From assembly GCA_002269645.1 (NCBI GenBank), contig NIVC01000573.1, positions 434,001-498,000 on the forward strand: a stretch of 64,000 nt of DNA, given 5' to 3'. The notes below the pieces were generated by a model. The model was not told the DNA's origin and made no database searches. It was given only the letters and a program-made list of their open reading frames with translations. Of the stretch, positions 48,525-61,189 are shown one piece after another. The translations under genes were made by a program, and so were the position numbers. Within the stretch, counting starts at the first letter, position 1, and each line of letters begins with the position of its first letter. The DNA comes from Macrostomum lignano. Its lineage: Eukaryota.

Positions 48525-50300
48525 GGGATAGCGACGTTTGCCTGCGGGACGTTTGCCAGCCGACATTTGCCAGCCGACGTTTGCCAGCCGACGTTTGCCA
48601 GTGGGACGTTTGCCAGCCGAAGTTTGCCTGCCGGACGTTTGCCAGCCGACGTTTGCCTGCGGGACGTTTGCCAGCCGACATTTGCCAGCCGACGTTTGCC
48701 AGCCGACGTTTGCCAGCGGGATGTTTGCCAGCCGAAGTTTGCCTGCCGGACGTTTGCCTGCCGGACGTTTGCCAGCCGACGTTTGCCAGCCGACGTTTGC
48801 CTGCCGGAAGTTTGCCAGCCAAAATTTGCTAGCCAATATAAAGCCAGTCAGTGAAAAATTTGATACTGAAACATTCGCAGTTTAGCGGTTTGACAAAAAC
48901 CATTTTTACTCCAACTTTTTGACGGTTATTCGCATGTATACAAGTTTGAAAGCAAATCTATAAATTATGCAGTTCATCAGTCTAACGTCTAATATCTATT
49001 TTATCAACGATTTTGGCACAACATATCAAAAGATGAACATTGGGTTTGCCTCGTATGAAAGCAATAACAATTGTTGTGCTGAAAAGATGAAAACTTCCTA
49101 TCTCCCTATGGCCTTCAAAACATTTTTCATAGATTTCGAGTGCTGCGTACTTCTACTTTAGTAGTCCTTGGCGTGACTAAGCTTTGCATACGTAGTGTCT
49201 AGCGCTTGCTATTCTACTAGCTTGCTACTGGCGGCTTGTCTGGCTATTCAGCTATATAGCTTACTATAAAAACGTACCGCATTCGACTCGTCTACACATG
49301 TACGTTGAGATCGCGGTTTCCTGGCTTACTTGAGTAGTAATACAACAGAATTGGAATCAATTTGCTTACTTTTGGATCTCCCCATGAACTGAGAAATATA
49401 TGAGCCAGAATTACCGCTCAGCAGCTCTTTTTGTTTGCCTCATAACTTAATCGCTGGAGATTCCCGTTGTAATCTGCGCGTCTTCTTTCGCACATCAAAA
49501 ATCAAACATCTCAAACTGGGAAAAACGATACACAATTGCCAAAAGTAAACAATATATTCACATTCAAAGAAAATCGTTGTTAAACTGGATATTAGATGTA
49601 AATCTATATAAATTGCATAATTTATATAGATTTTGCATAAATTTCATAATTTATATATTTTGCTTTCAAACTTGTATACATGCGAATAACCGTCAAAAAG
49701 TTGGAGTAAAAACGGTTTTTGTCAAACCGCTAAACTGCGAATGTTTCAGTATCAAATTTTTCACTGACTGGCTTTATATTGGCTAGCAAATTTTGGCTGG
49801 CAAACTTCCGGCAGGCAAACGTCGGCTGGCAAACGTCGGCTGGCAAACGTCCGGCAGGCAAACGTCGGCTGGCAAACGTAGGCTGGCAAATGTCGGCTGG
49901 CAAATGTCGGCTGGCAAACGTCGGCTGGCAAACGTCGGCTGGCAAACGTCCGGCAGGCAAACGTCGGCTGGCAAACGTCGGCTGGCAAATGTCGGCTGGC
50001 AAATGTCGGCTGGCAAACGTCGGCTGGCAAACGTCGGCTGGCAAATGTCGGCTGGCAAATGTCGGCTGGCAAATGTCGGCTGGCAAATGTCGGCTGGCAA
50101 ACGTCGGCTGGCAAACGTCGGCTGGCAAACGTCGGCTGGCAAACGTCCCGCAGGCAAACGTCCGGCAGGCAAACTTCGGCTGGCAAACGTCCCGCTGGCA
50201 AACGTCGGCTGGCAAACGTCGGCTGGCAAATGTCGGCTGGCAAACGTCCCGCAGGCAAACGTCGGCTGGCAAACGTCCCGCAGGCAAACGTCGTAGACCC
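48525..50300. mobile_element. Non-autonomous Mutator-like (MULE)/Foldback element with long TIRs and a 9-bp TSD
   Basis: Perfect 9-bp direct repeat TTTTCAATG at 48516-48524 and 50301-50309. Arms begin GGG, carry a ~14-bp subrepeat (ACGTTTGCCAGCCG left, CGGCTGGCAAACGT right) and a shared non-repetitive inverted block (~48830-49015 versus ~49570-49800); ~550 bp non-coding core. Confidence 0.9.
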
Positions 50301-50955
50301 TTTTCAATGATAATATTAAGATTTCATTAATTAATTAATCCCACCAAGGCACAGTGAAGTGTACTCGTATACGTGCCTAACGATAAGTTAATAGGGCCGC
50401 TGAACACTCCTGTGTTGTGAGTGTGTGCCTGTGCGTATGGGCAGTAATGCCTCCTGCCGGTTGGCAGTGGCAATATGTCGCTTAAAGTAAAGTGCACCAA
50501 GGTGCACACAGCCCCTGACTCTTATCTAATTAAATTTGAAATGCTGGTTGAGATCATTGAAACAAGCGACAGGCATAACCGCGTGCTTTCAACAACAATT
50601 TTTGATGAATAATAATCTTTGAAGAAAGAATTTTGCTGCAGGCAATCTCCAGTCGAGAACAGTTCATGAAATGTTTATTTCCTTTTCCTGTGTTGTAAAA
50701 AATCCTGGACAAATCCATGCACAGAGTTCGGAGATTTCTGTCATAATCCAGAGTTCAAGGGGGTCAGTTGCCCTCACGTTGAAATGCGGGATCACATGTT
50801 CCCTAAAAAATTTTTTTTGCCGCGCTAACTTTGACTTTAAAGCAGAACCAAAAATATCTTTGAAAAGTTCCACGGCCTCTTAAAACTTCCTGTCTTACTA
50901 CTGAAGGCATGTTGAAGCAAATTCGAGCCTTTTCACATCAATTTTACTCATTTGA

Positions 50956-51145
50956 GGAGTGCCTCAACTACAGGACTGGGAGTGCCTCAACTACAGGACA
51001 GGGAGTGCCTCAACTACAGGACAGGGAGTGCCTCAACTACAGGACAGGGATCGTGCCTTAACTACATAACTGGCTTGGGAGCTATAGAGCTTCAACTACA
51101 GGAATGGGCTGGGCGTGCCTCAACTACAGGATTGAAATGCCTTAA
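50956..51145. repeat. 23-bp minisatellite, decaying (~7 copies)
   Basis: Unit GGAGTGCCTCAACTACAGGACAG. Confidence 0.85.
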
Positions 51146-54100
51146 CTGCCCAACCCACTGGATTTCTGCACTTTGGCCCGCGTCGGTTACAGCAGCCCAG
51201 TAGTAACTTCTGTATTCAAATGTTTTTTCTGCCACAGTGCGGAAAAACAAAAAATCAGAGATAACGACAGATATTCTTACGTATCAAATGTAGACAACTG
51301 CGTAAGATTGGATTTGGAGAAAAATCCAAAATTTGGAAATTCAAAATGCAAATTCTAAGAAAATACAAAATCTAAATTTTGAATTGGATATGATTAGATT
51401 CGTCCTAAGTTCGGTTTTTTATGCTGCAGCAAACCTCGTGGCCCCTTCTGGGGTCTTACCTCCTGGGCTTCTCTCACTTACTGCACTGACCACTCACGCG
51501 CTAGACTGTGCATGCATTAAATTTTCGTGTCATCACTGTGACGTGACAGAATTTCATCAGCTAAAAAATGTAAGCATAGCAATTTATCAGGCGTCTTGTC
51601 ATAAGCCAACGCCTTGAAGTATACAGCGGTCCATATTTAAATGCGCAAAAAATTTTAAGGTTAATTTTTCTGCTTTTTATTTTGAACTATAGGCTTTCAT
51701 ATCAGGATTTTAATTCATTGGCCCTTTTGTTAACTTTGCGTAATTTTTAAAATATCACTTTCTTGGAATCATCGGTCAAGTCCGCCAGTAGTCGACTCAA
51801 CACTGAACCAACCCGTCAGGCCGTCAATACAATATCATATGCCAATACAATAAATCCTCGGCCTCGTTTACTGATAGATATACGTTTTTATACAAATTGA
51901 AATCCGCGAAGGTAAATTTACCTTCATTAAATGTCATTATCAATATCAATCTAATCTAATCTTGTTATCGTGGCACGTGTGTTGTAGTGTTGGCCTATTC
52001 TTGGCTTACTATGCCTATGCGGGCCGGCTAGGCCTATGCCTATGGTACCAGTACCAGGCGCCAGGCGGCCCAGGCCTAAATAGACCAAGTTTTGTTTGGT
52101 ATTAAGGCAATAAATATACTGCCTCATACTCAGTGCTTTATTCATTAATGCTATGCTATACCAGCTATACAGTATAATATACTGTATAATATACTGTATA
52201 GCTGGTACAGATACTGTCAAAAAATTGCATACTTATGGGCATGGCATAGCCTGCAGCCCTTGTGCTTTGGCCCCTGGACAAAATTTAAATTTTATTTTGT
52301 TTTGAATACTTGGCCTACTTTTGAATTTTATAGAGATTCATATACCTTACTTAACTTAGTAGTTGCATTGTTTTATCATTTCAGGGTTATATTGCCAAAC
52401 TCCTAACTATATTATATTCTTTATATAACTTTATTTTTAACAATGTTAAACCATCATTATTAAAATGTATATAGTGGGAGTAGGGTGGCTATACACTGGA
52501 CAACAAGCAGAATAAAATGGCTAACCAAGGGATGAAAAGTAAGTAGGTCATCATCATCAATGGAATCATGCCATTTGCTTAGTTTGTGATATGCATTGGC
52601 TAGGCCTATATATATTTAGGTATAGGTCATTTTGTTTGCTATTGGTTTTTTTGCTGGAGGTCCATGCTAATTAGCTAAGGTAGATAGTTTGTTTGCTAGG
52701 CCTATTATGTCCAATAAAAACAATATTTAGCAATAAAGCTATGAAGTATATATTAGTGCAAAGAGTAGTATTTGTGGCAAAAAAGCATTTTTACCATTTA
52801 GTACTAAAATTTTTAGTACTACTTTTTTAATGAATATAGATTTATCTCAAGTTTTGAATGAATATTTTAGTAGAAATTTTGTACAAAGTACAGAGTTCAT
52901 ATAGTTTCTCTATATATTTCTTGTAGTGCTGTGAAGTGCAATGAATTAAAATTCATCACATTGTCAAAGGTTATGCTACAAAATGTTGTAAAGCTTAAAT
53001 TTAAAGTTTAAAATCACAGTTCAAATAAAAGCTAAATTATGCAAGATCAATCAATATCTCTTTAAAGTTTGTAAACAAACTATAATAATTTTTAACAATT
53101 GATATAAAAACCAATCAGCCAAAGTTATATCCATCCTTTCAGTCATGAATCTAACATTCTAACTACTGCACTAGGCAGATAGAGGCATTTAATAACAAAT
53201 TGTAATTTTCTATAAGTTTACTTGTAAAGATAGGCCTAGGCCTATTTATATTTAAATGACATAATGTATATTGTATAATCATTTTTAGTATTGCAATATT
53301 GCATTTGGCAATTTTGTTACACACCCTTGGCCTTTGATCAATCTGTAGCAAATATATATTTATCAATATATTTTTTGTTTTATTAGATCCCTGTAGTTTA
53401 GATAGATACACAACTTATTTTTAGTATAGTAGATTGTGATATCTTCTCACTTGCTTATAGTTTTTGTCAGTTTATCAAAAATAGAAAAATATTTATAGAA
53501 AAGATATTCATTTGATTAATGGCCATTAGAGTAATAAATTGAGCATATTTTAGATTTAAGTATATATACTTTATTCAATTTTTTTATTACATTCTTTCTT
53601 GGCTTGCCACAAGGGGGGGCACTGATAGAAGAAGAGTCATGTAAAAAAGAAAAGAAGCACTATGTATACATAAAAGTCATGTCAAAGTTAAAATATTCAT
53701 TTGGGAATTGCGACGATGTCAAGGCTTGGAGGGAATTGTTATAAGTACTGTGATTATTAAAGAAGAAATCACTAAAATGTCAAGGCTTAGGAAAAAAGAA
53801 TTGCTGAGATTTCAAGGCTTTTATACTTTGGGTTAAAGTTAGGTTTAGGTCAGGTTTGGGTTGAGGATTAGATTTTAGCGGGTTTCAAGGTCATACATGC
53901 GCAACCTCCAAAATTCGGTCGGCCGTGCGAATTAGTTTTAACAAAAATGCGAAAAAACCCTAAAGCAAAATTAACGCAACTTAGGGTAAACGGCAGGAGT
54001 AACTTATTAAGCCAAAATGCCTCGTCAGCTACTTAGTACTACTACTTGGGTGTTATTTTGGGTGGGCATTTTTGCGACTTCCTTGGTTGGCCGCCAAATC

Positions 54101-54814
54101 GGTTGGCCAGATTGGCCGACTTGGCCGACTGTTGGGCATGTATGTTCAAGGTTAACAGGGGATTTTTTATATTTCAAAGGTTTATGGGAGGCATTGCTGA
54201 CATGTCAAGGCTCACGGGGGTATAAATGAGATATCAAGGCTAAAGTCAGAAGCACATGTAGTTTATTGAAAACTTTTTATTACATTATTTGTTGGCTCTT
54301 CACGGGAGGGATTGCTGATAGAAAAGGTGTAATGTAAAAAAATAAAAGAAGCTTCATGTCAAAGTTAAGAGATTCATTTGGGAATCCATACGATGTCAAG
54401 GCTTGTAGGGAATTGCTATAATGCTGTAGTAGTGCTATAATTACTCTCGGAGAGTATTACTGAAATGTCAATGGTTTAGGGTTAGGATTAGGGTTAGGCT
54501 AGGGTTAGAAAGTAGACAGATTTTTTAAGATTTCAAGGCTTATGGGGGCATCGCTGAGATGTCAAGGGGGGTTGATATGTTAAGGCTTGTGGGAGGAATT
54601 GCTGACATGTCAAGGCTTACAAGGGACTGCTGGGGTAAAATGCAAAGAGACACTACATGTAGTTTATTAAAACAACTTGTACTGCATTTTTTTGGCTCCC
54701 CAATGGGGGGCGCTGATTGCTAGTTGGTATCTATCTACTTCCTTGCATCATATGATTCAGGGTCATTTAAAAAAGATACATAATCTCAATTTCAGTGAAA
54801 AGTAATTAAATACT

Positions 54815-54855
54815 ATGGCTGCTTATCCTCCACAACATCCTGCTGGGGCTCCATT
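54815..54855 (+). CDS. VAMP2: Synaptobrevin/VAMP exon 1 (MAAYPPQHPAGAP)
   Basis: ATG at 54815; donor TT|GTAAGT (phase 2), in frame with exon 2. The symbol denotes the VAMP1/2/3 family. Confidence 0.75.
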
Positions 54856-54959
54856 GTAAGTTGTTTGTCACCCCTTGACTATGAGTCAATACCAAGTAGA
54901 TGACTGAATTTAAATCGAATTATTGCTGGTTTCTAATCAATATATTTTCTGCCTCCTAG

Positions 54960-55050
54960 GCCTCAAAGTGGCGGGCACCCTAATGAAGCCTCAAGCTCAG
55001 GTTATCAGCCCAACAGGCAGCTGCAGCAAACGCGGGCCCAGGTAGATGAG
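54960..55050 (+). CDS. VAMP2: Synaptobrevin/VAMP exon 2 (...PNRQLQQTRAQVDE)
   Basis: Acceptor TTTTCTGCCTCCTAG|G, donor GAG|GTAAAG; matches VAMP2 SNRRLQQTQAQVDE. Confidence 0.9.
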
Positions 55051-55164
55051 GTAAAGCTTCGATTCAAATTTTTTTAAACTTTTTTTTAATTTTTTTTTAA
55101 CTTTTATTTGTAGAAAATATCGTATTTGAAAAGAATTTCTTTTTTATTGCTGATTTCTTATATT

Positions 55165-55690
55165 CTGGGGTCATGATTTCTCATGTCCTCAATTCATGAC
55201 CTTTGATTTCCTAAAGTCATGATTTCTCATATCCTGAAGTCATGATTTCTCATATCCTGAAGTCATGATTTCTCATGTCCTGAAGTCATGATTTCTCATA
55301 TCCTGAAGTCATGATTTCTCATATCCTGAAGTCATGATTTCTCATATCCTGAAGTCATGATTTCTCATATCCTGAAGTCATGATTTCTCATATCCTGAAG
55401 TCATGATTTCTCATATCCTGAAGTCATGATTTCTCATATCCTGAACCCATGATTTCTCATATCCTGAAGTCATGATTTCTCATATCCTGAAGTCATGATT
55501 TCTCATATCCTGAAGTCATGATTTCTCATATCCTGAAGTCATGATTTCTCATGTCCTGGGTCATAAGCTCTCATGTCCTGAATTCATGATTTTCATGTCT
55601 TTAATTCATGATTTATTATGTCCTTGGGTCATGATTTCTTATGCCCGCGATTTTGATTTCTCATATCCTGGGATCATGATTTCTGATATC
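55165..55690. repeat. 23-bp minisatellite in VAMP intron 2
   Basis: Unit CATGATTTCTCATATCCTGAAGT with decayed flanks. Confidence 0.92.
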
Positions 55691-55774
55691 ATAGTGTTAT
55701 TAGTTCTCATGCCCTAGTGTAATTTGTTAATTGGTGACACTCGAGCACCTTCACCCCAACACCCTGGGCCGCAG

Positions 55775-55853
55775 GTTGTGGACATTATGCGACTCAATGT
55801 GGAGAAAGTGCTCGATCGAGACGCCAAAATTTCGAACTTGGACGATCGGGCCG
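55775..55853 (+). CDS. VAMP2: Synaptobrevin/VAMP exon 3 ([26 protein letters not shown]), R-SNARE zero-layer Arg
   Basis: Acceptor CCGCAG|GTT, donor G|GTGAGT (phase 1); matches [26 protein letters not shown]. Confidence 0.95.
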
Positions 55854-56081
55854 GTGAGTGGGCGAGTTTTTTATCCATTCGTAGCATTCACGTTTGTGCC
55901 AAATTAACATATTTAGTATATGGGTATTGCGAAAATTACCGTAGGATATTTAGATCTGTAATTGACCACTGCGTTTTGTAAAGCATTTATGCTGTGGATG
56001 TTTGTTTAGATGCTTATATCTGGAAAAATTGATGTTGTTTGACTCAACTTTATAGCTTGTGCCTTATCGATCCTATTAAAG

Positions 56082-56780
56082 CCTGACCCTAATTGACCCC
56101 TTTACCTGACCCTAATTGACCCCTTTACCTGACCCTAATTGACCCCTTTACCTGACCCTAATTGACCCACTTACCTGACCCTAATTGACCCCTTTACCTG
56201 ACCCTAATTGACCCCTTTACCTGACCCTAATTGACCCACTTACCTGACCCTAATTGACCCCTTTACCTGACCCTAATTGACCCCTTTACCTGACCCTAAT
56301 TGACCCCTTTACCTGACCCTAATTGACCCCTTTACCTGACCCTAATTGACCCCTTTACCTGACCCTAATTGACCCCTTTACCTGACCCTAATTGACCCCT
56401 TTACCTGACCCTAATTGACCCCTTTACCTGACCCTAATTGACCCCTTTACCTGACCCTAATTGGTCCCTTTACCTGACCCTAATTGGTCCCTTTACCTGA
56501 CCCTAATTGACCCCTTTACCTGACCCTAATTGACCCCCTTACCTGACCCTAATTGACCCCTTTACCTGACCCTAATTGACCCCTTTACCTGACCCTAATT
56601 GACCCCTTTACCTGACCCTAATTGACCCCTTTACCTGACCCTAATTGGTCCCTTTACCTGACCCTAATTGACCCCTTTACCTGACCCTAATTGGTCCCTT
56701 TACCTGACCCTAATTGGTCCCTTTACCTAACCCTAGTTGACCCCTTTACCTGACCCTAATTGACCCCTTTACCTGCCCTT
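56082..56780. repeat. 23-bp minisatellite in VAMP intron 3 (~30 copies)
   Basis: Unit CTGACCCTAATTGACCCCTTTAC. Confidence 0.95.
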
Positions 56781-56859
56781 AATTAATCTCAATTCATACT
56801 GGCTTCCGAAGTTCCGAATTCGAACCCCCAACCTCGCCTCCCTGCTGCCCATCTCGCAG

Positions 56860-56939
56860 CCGAGCTGTCCATTGGCTCTCAGCAGTTCGTGGCCACAACA
56901 ACGCGAATTCAGCGGAAATACTTCTGGCAGAATGTCAAG
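56860..56939 (+). CDS. VAMP2: Synaptobrevin/VAMP exon 4 (AELSIGSQQFVATTTRIQRKYFWQNVK)
   Basis: Acceptor CCATCTCGCAG|CC (phase 1), donor AAG|GTAAAG; aligns with [27 protein letters not shown]. Confidence 0.92.
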
Positions 56940-57217
56940 GTAAAGCAGCTGCGCTCTTAGTCTTTACCCAATAATCCAATTACCTGTTTACTTGCGTTCC
57001 TCAGTTTAGTTTGTCAGTTGATTATTAGCTACTGTATTAGCACACAGACTGGTTACCCTTGCTTAATCAGATTAATCCCAATCTCAGCATGAAGGGTTCC
57101 TCAATTTTTGTTTTTTGCTGTTTTTTCCGTTCCGTACTCTGTCTGTTGAGCCATAGTCAGGCTTTAATCTTCTTGTTGCTTTCATTTGAGCCCACATTGG
57201 CATCTGACTCATTTCAG

Positions 57218-57269
57218 ATGATGATCATCATTGGAGTGATTGTGGCCATTCTCATCATAATTATTATTG
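57218..57269 (+). CDS. VAMP2: Synaptobrevin/VAMP exon 5, transmembrane anchor (MMIIIGVIVAILIIIII)
   Basis: Acceptor CATTTCAG|ATG, donor G|GTGAGG (phase 1). Confidence 0.92.
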
Positions 57270-57304
57270 GTGAGGTTTTGCAAATGAATTGTTGGCTGTG
57301 GGAA

Positions 57305-58485
57305 AGGCCCAATCAGAAGGTGGGGCAGGTGATAACCAATCAGAAGACAGGGGCAGGTAATGGCCAATCAGAAGGTGGGAGCAGGTGACGGCCAATTAGG
57401 AGACGGGGTGATGGCCAATCAGGAGAGGGGAGTGATGGCCAATTAAAAGACAGGGACAGGTGATAGCCAATCAAGACACAGGGGGGCAGGTGACGGCCAA
57501 TCACCTGAACCATTTCAAACCAAACCACAGGGGGCAGGTGACGGCCAATCAGGAGACGGGGGGCAGGTGATGGCCAATCAGGAGACGGGGGGCAGGTGAT
57601 GGCCAATCAGGAGAGGGGAGTGATGGCCAATTAAAAGACAGGGACAGGTGATAGCCAATCAAGACACAGGGGGGCAGGTGACGGCCAATCACCTGAACCA
57701 TTTCAAACCAAACCACAGGGGGCAGGTGACGGCCAATCAGGAGACGGGGGGCAGGTGATGGCCAATCAGGAGACGGGGGGCAGGTGATGGCCAATCAGGA
57801 GACGGGATGCAGGTGATGGCCAATCAGGAGATGGGGGGCAGGTGACGGCCAATCAAGACACAGGGGGCAGGTGACGGCCAATCAGGAGATGGGGGGCAGG
57901 TGACGGCCAATCAAGACACAGGGGGCAGGTGACGGCCAATCAAGACACAGGGGGCAGGTGACGGCCAATCAGGAGACGGGGGGCAGGTGATGGCCAATCA
58001 GGAGATGGGGGCAGGTGATGGCCAATCAGGACACAGGGGGCAGGTGATTGCCAATCAGCAGACGGGGGGCAGGTGATGGCCAATTAGGACACAAGGGGCA
58101 GGTGATAGCCAATCAGCAGACGGGGGGCAGGTGATGGCCAATCAGCAGACAGGGGGCAGGTGATGGCCAATTAGGACACAGGGGGCAGGTGATGGCCAAT
58201 TAGGACACAGGGAGCAGGTGCTGGCCAATCAGCAGACGGGGGGCAGGTGATGGCCAATCAGCAGACGGGGGGCAGGTGATGGCCAATCAGCAGACGGGGG
58301 GCAGGTGATGGCCAATTAGGACACAGGGAGCAGGTGATGGCCAATCAGCAGACGGGGAGCAGGTGCTGGCCAATCAGCAGACAGGAGGCAGGTGATGGCC
58401 AATTAGGACACAGGGAGCAGGTGATGGCCAATCAGCAGACGGGGGCAGGTGATGGCCAATCAGGAGACGTGGGGTGATGGCTAAT
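57305..58485. repeat. ~28-30-bp CCAAT-containing minisatellite in VAMP intron 5 (~40 copies)
   Basis: Unit GGCAGGTGA(T/C)GGCCAATCAG(G/C)AGAC(G/A)GGGG with variants; a ~180-bp sub-block is duplicated (offset 188 bp between the ORFs ending at 57606 and 57794). Confidence 0.92.
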
Positions 58486-58605
58486 CACCTCAGTCAATCA
58501 TGAGAATGGCCAATCAGGTGAAAAATATTTTGTACCATTTACAAGTTAAGGTATCGATTAATATTTTTTAAATGTAACGGTTTACATTTCAAACCAAATT
58601 TTCAG

Positions 58606-58625
58606 TTGCCATTGCAAATAAGTGA
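58606..58625 (+). CDS. VAMP2: Synaptobrevin/VAMP putative exon 6 (VAIANK*)
   Basis: Acceptor AATTTTCAG|TT, phase 1; TGA at 58623-58625, giving a ~120-aa tail-anchored protein. Confidence 0.6.
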
Positions 58626-58933
58626 CAGCCGAATGAATGAGTGCTAGGATTTGGTCAACGAATGCGCTGGAGATCTGTTTAGTTCGATCTTATGCAAACT
58701 TGCTGGCGACCAGTTCAAATTTTATAAACATATTTTTTGTGTACATAGCATAGTGCTTCCGCCGAAACTAAATATTGTCTTCCGGAATCCGGATTTAAAA
58801 AATTCCTTCTTAGCGGCCAAATATTTTCTTATAGCTATTTTTGTTAGTATGAGTGTTTTGTTTAATTCAGTTGTTTCACTGATTTTTATTTCATTCTGCT
58901 GACCGCTTTTCCTGCGCTATTGCTGTCGCTGCT

Positions 58934-59185
58934 GAGGGATGAGAGCGGGGGAGACGAGAGGGGAGATAAGAGAGGGGAGACGAGAGGGGAGACGAGAGGG
59001 GAGATAAGAGAGGGGAGACGAGAGGGGAGATAAGAGAGGGGAGATAAGAGAGGGGAGACGAGAGGGGAGATAAGAGAGGGGAGACGAGAGGGGGATAAGA
59101 GAGGGGAGATGAGAGAGAGGAGATGAGAGTAAGAAGATGAGAGAGAAGATGTGATAGGAGATAAGAGAGGGGAGATGAGAGAGAA
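58934..59185. repeat. Purine-rich ~14-bp minisatellite
   Basis: Units GAGAGGGGAGATAA / GAGAGGGGAGAC. Confidence 0.9.
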
Positions 59186-60054
59186 AGAGGCACCAACACT
59201 GAAAACCATTTTTGCTGTGTCCGTTTATTCTAGCCTAAATTTTCGGTCTAGCCTACTGATAATAACGCGCAGCGGAACTGCTTGGAAAATTTTCAGATTC
59301 TTTACAAGAATAATACTACAGAATGATATCCAGTCACTCATGTCAGCATTGTCTCAGTGGCAATCAGTGTTGGCACTGGAATATGAAAATTTATATTTTT
59401 ATTTCTGCATCGGCCAAGTCTCGAAAATAATTTTTATATCTGGATTTATTTATAAATTATTTCAATGAATCGCAGTTGCTTCTGGCAGAAATTACAGCTG
59501 AACTTCGTGTTTTATTCTGTATTGTTTTACTGCAAAAAGTCTCATTAGTTAAGCCTTTTACTATACATATCGGCACTTGCCAGTAATAAGGTGGTGCAGT
59601 GGTACCTCTTCCTCCCTCTGACCCTGTCCTGCATATCTAAGTATGCTTTTATGTCTGTCTTCCAATAAATTTATCGCCCAAATAATACAGTTTTAAATTG
59701 CGCTTGACAAAGTTGTTTACGCAACATATCGGCTCTAGTGTCCCATAGGCAGAGTGCCATCAAACATTGACAGGCAATTTATCTATTTCTGTCTGCACGT
59801 TGAGTCTCACCTACATGCCAGTTGCTTAAATGTATTTTTCGTTAGTCAGTGCAGATGATACGTATTTATGGAAAAATGTTTATAAATAAAAAGTGCCTAA
59901 AAATTAATTTATTAGCTTTTGTTAAAGCCTTTAAATAATTTTCTTTGCTTTAAACCATTCATTGTCCTGTAGTAATCAGTCCGTTATTAAGTCTTTATTT
60001 AAAAATTGAGTTGTTCAGACTTTCCACCTCAATTTTTCACCAGTAAAGTCTGTC

Positions 60055-60160
60055 AAAATCTCACCATTATAGTCTCAAAATCTCACCATTCGAGTCTCTC
60101 TCAAAATCTCACCATTATAGGCTCAAAATCTCACTATTTGAGTCTCTATCAAAATCTCAA
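60055..60160. repeat. Short degenerate ~22-26-bp repeat
   Basis: TCTCAAAATCTCACCATTATAG-like units, 4-5 copies. Confidence 0.7.
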
Positions 60161-60161
60161 C

Positions 60162-60526
60162 CACACCTGAAGGTCACATCTGAAGGTCACACCTGAAGGT
60201 CACACCTGAAGGTCACACCTGAAGGTCACATCTGAAGGTCACACCTGAAGGTCACACCTGAAGGTCACACCTGAAGGTCACACCTGAAGGTCACACCTGA
60301 AGGTCACATCTGAAGGTCACACCTGAAGGTCACACCTGAAGGTCACACCTGAAGGTCACACCTGAAGGTCACACCTGAAGGTCACACCTTAAGGTCACAC
60401 CTGAAGGTCACACCTGAAGGTCACATCTGAAGGTCACACCATAAGGTCACACCTGAAGGTCACATCTGAAAATCACACCTTAAGGTCACACCTTAAGGTC
60501 ACACCTGAAGGTCACACCTGAAGGTC
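60162..60526. repeat. 13-bp minisatellite (~28 copies)
   Basis: Unit CACCTGAAGGTCA. Confidence 0.95.
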
Positions 60527-60614
60527 AAGGCCACACCTAAATCTGTCATTGATGCTCTATCAGCAATGAAAAAGCAAATCTACTAAATTAAAGAAGTTTC
60601 TTGCCGACCCAGCC

Positions 60615-60983
60615 ATGGCCTCGGGGGACCTCGCTGGCCCAGCCGGCCTCTCCGGTCTCCGCCTGCTGCAGCAGGGCGCCGAGGCGCGCCTGTACGCCGC
60701 CGAGTTCTACGGCCGCCCTGCCATCGTCAAGGAGCGGTTCGCCAAGCGGTACCGCCACCCGCAGCTGGACGACCACCTGGCGAGGGAGCGGACCAAGAGC
60801 GAGGCCAAGAGCCTCCTGCGCTGCCGCCGGGCCGGCATCCGCGTGCCAGCCGTGTTCCACCTGGACCTCGGCAGCCGGCGCCTCTGCCTGGAGCTGATCG
60901 AAGGCGGCCTCACCGTGCGCGACTTCGTCAACAGGGCGATCGGCTGCCCGTCTGTCAGCGCCAGGGATGCCGCGCTGGCTCGG
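60615..60983 (+). CDS. TP53RK: TP53RK/Bud32 (KEOPS atypical kinase) exon 1
   Basis: [37 protein letters not shown] and LELIEG motifs; donor CGG|GTGAGA at 60983 (phase 0). Confidence 0.95.
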
Positions 60984-60993
60984 GTGAGACCGG

Positions 60994-61141
<148 letters not shown>

Positions 61142-61189
61142 ATGCAGGAGAGCCCCATCCAAAAGCCATCCCTCCAACCCGCACCGCAG

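Noticed and set aside
48508-50330. Multiple long ORFs (ADVCQPTFASRRLP...) suggesting a transposase
   Set aside because: They are translations of the TIR subrepeats; there is no DDE or zinc-finger motif, so the element is non-autonomous.
50540-50875. Minus-strand protein-like fragments (ELFKDIFGSALK...DPLELW / DYDRNLRTLCMDL...)
   Set aside because: Joining them needs a frameshift and no family motif could be recognised; possibly a decayed element but unsupported.
54476-54508. Interstitial telomere / chromosome fusion site
   Set aside because: Only about five degenerate TTAGGG units (and two at 29543-29554), with no head-to-head arrangement.
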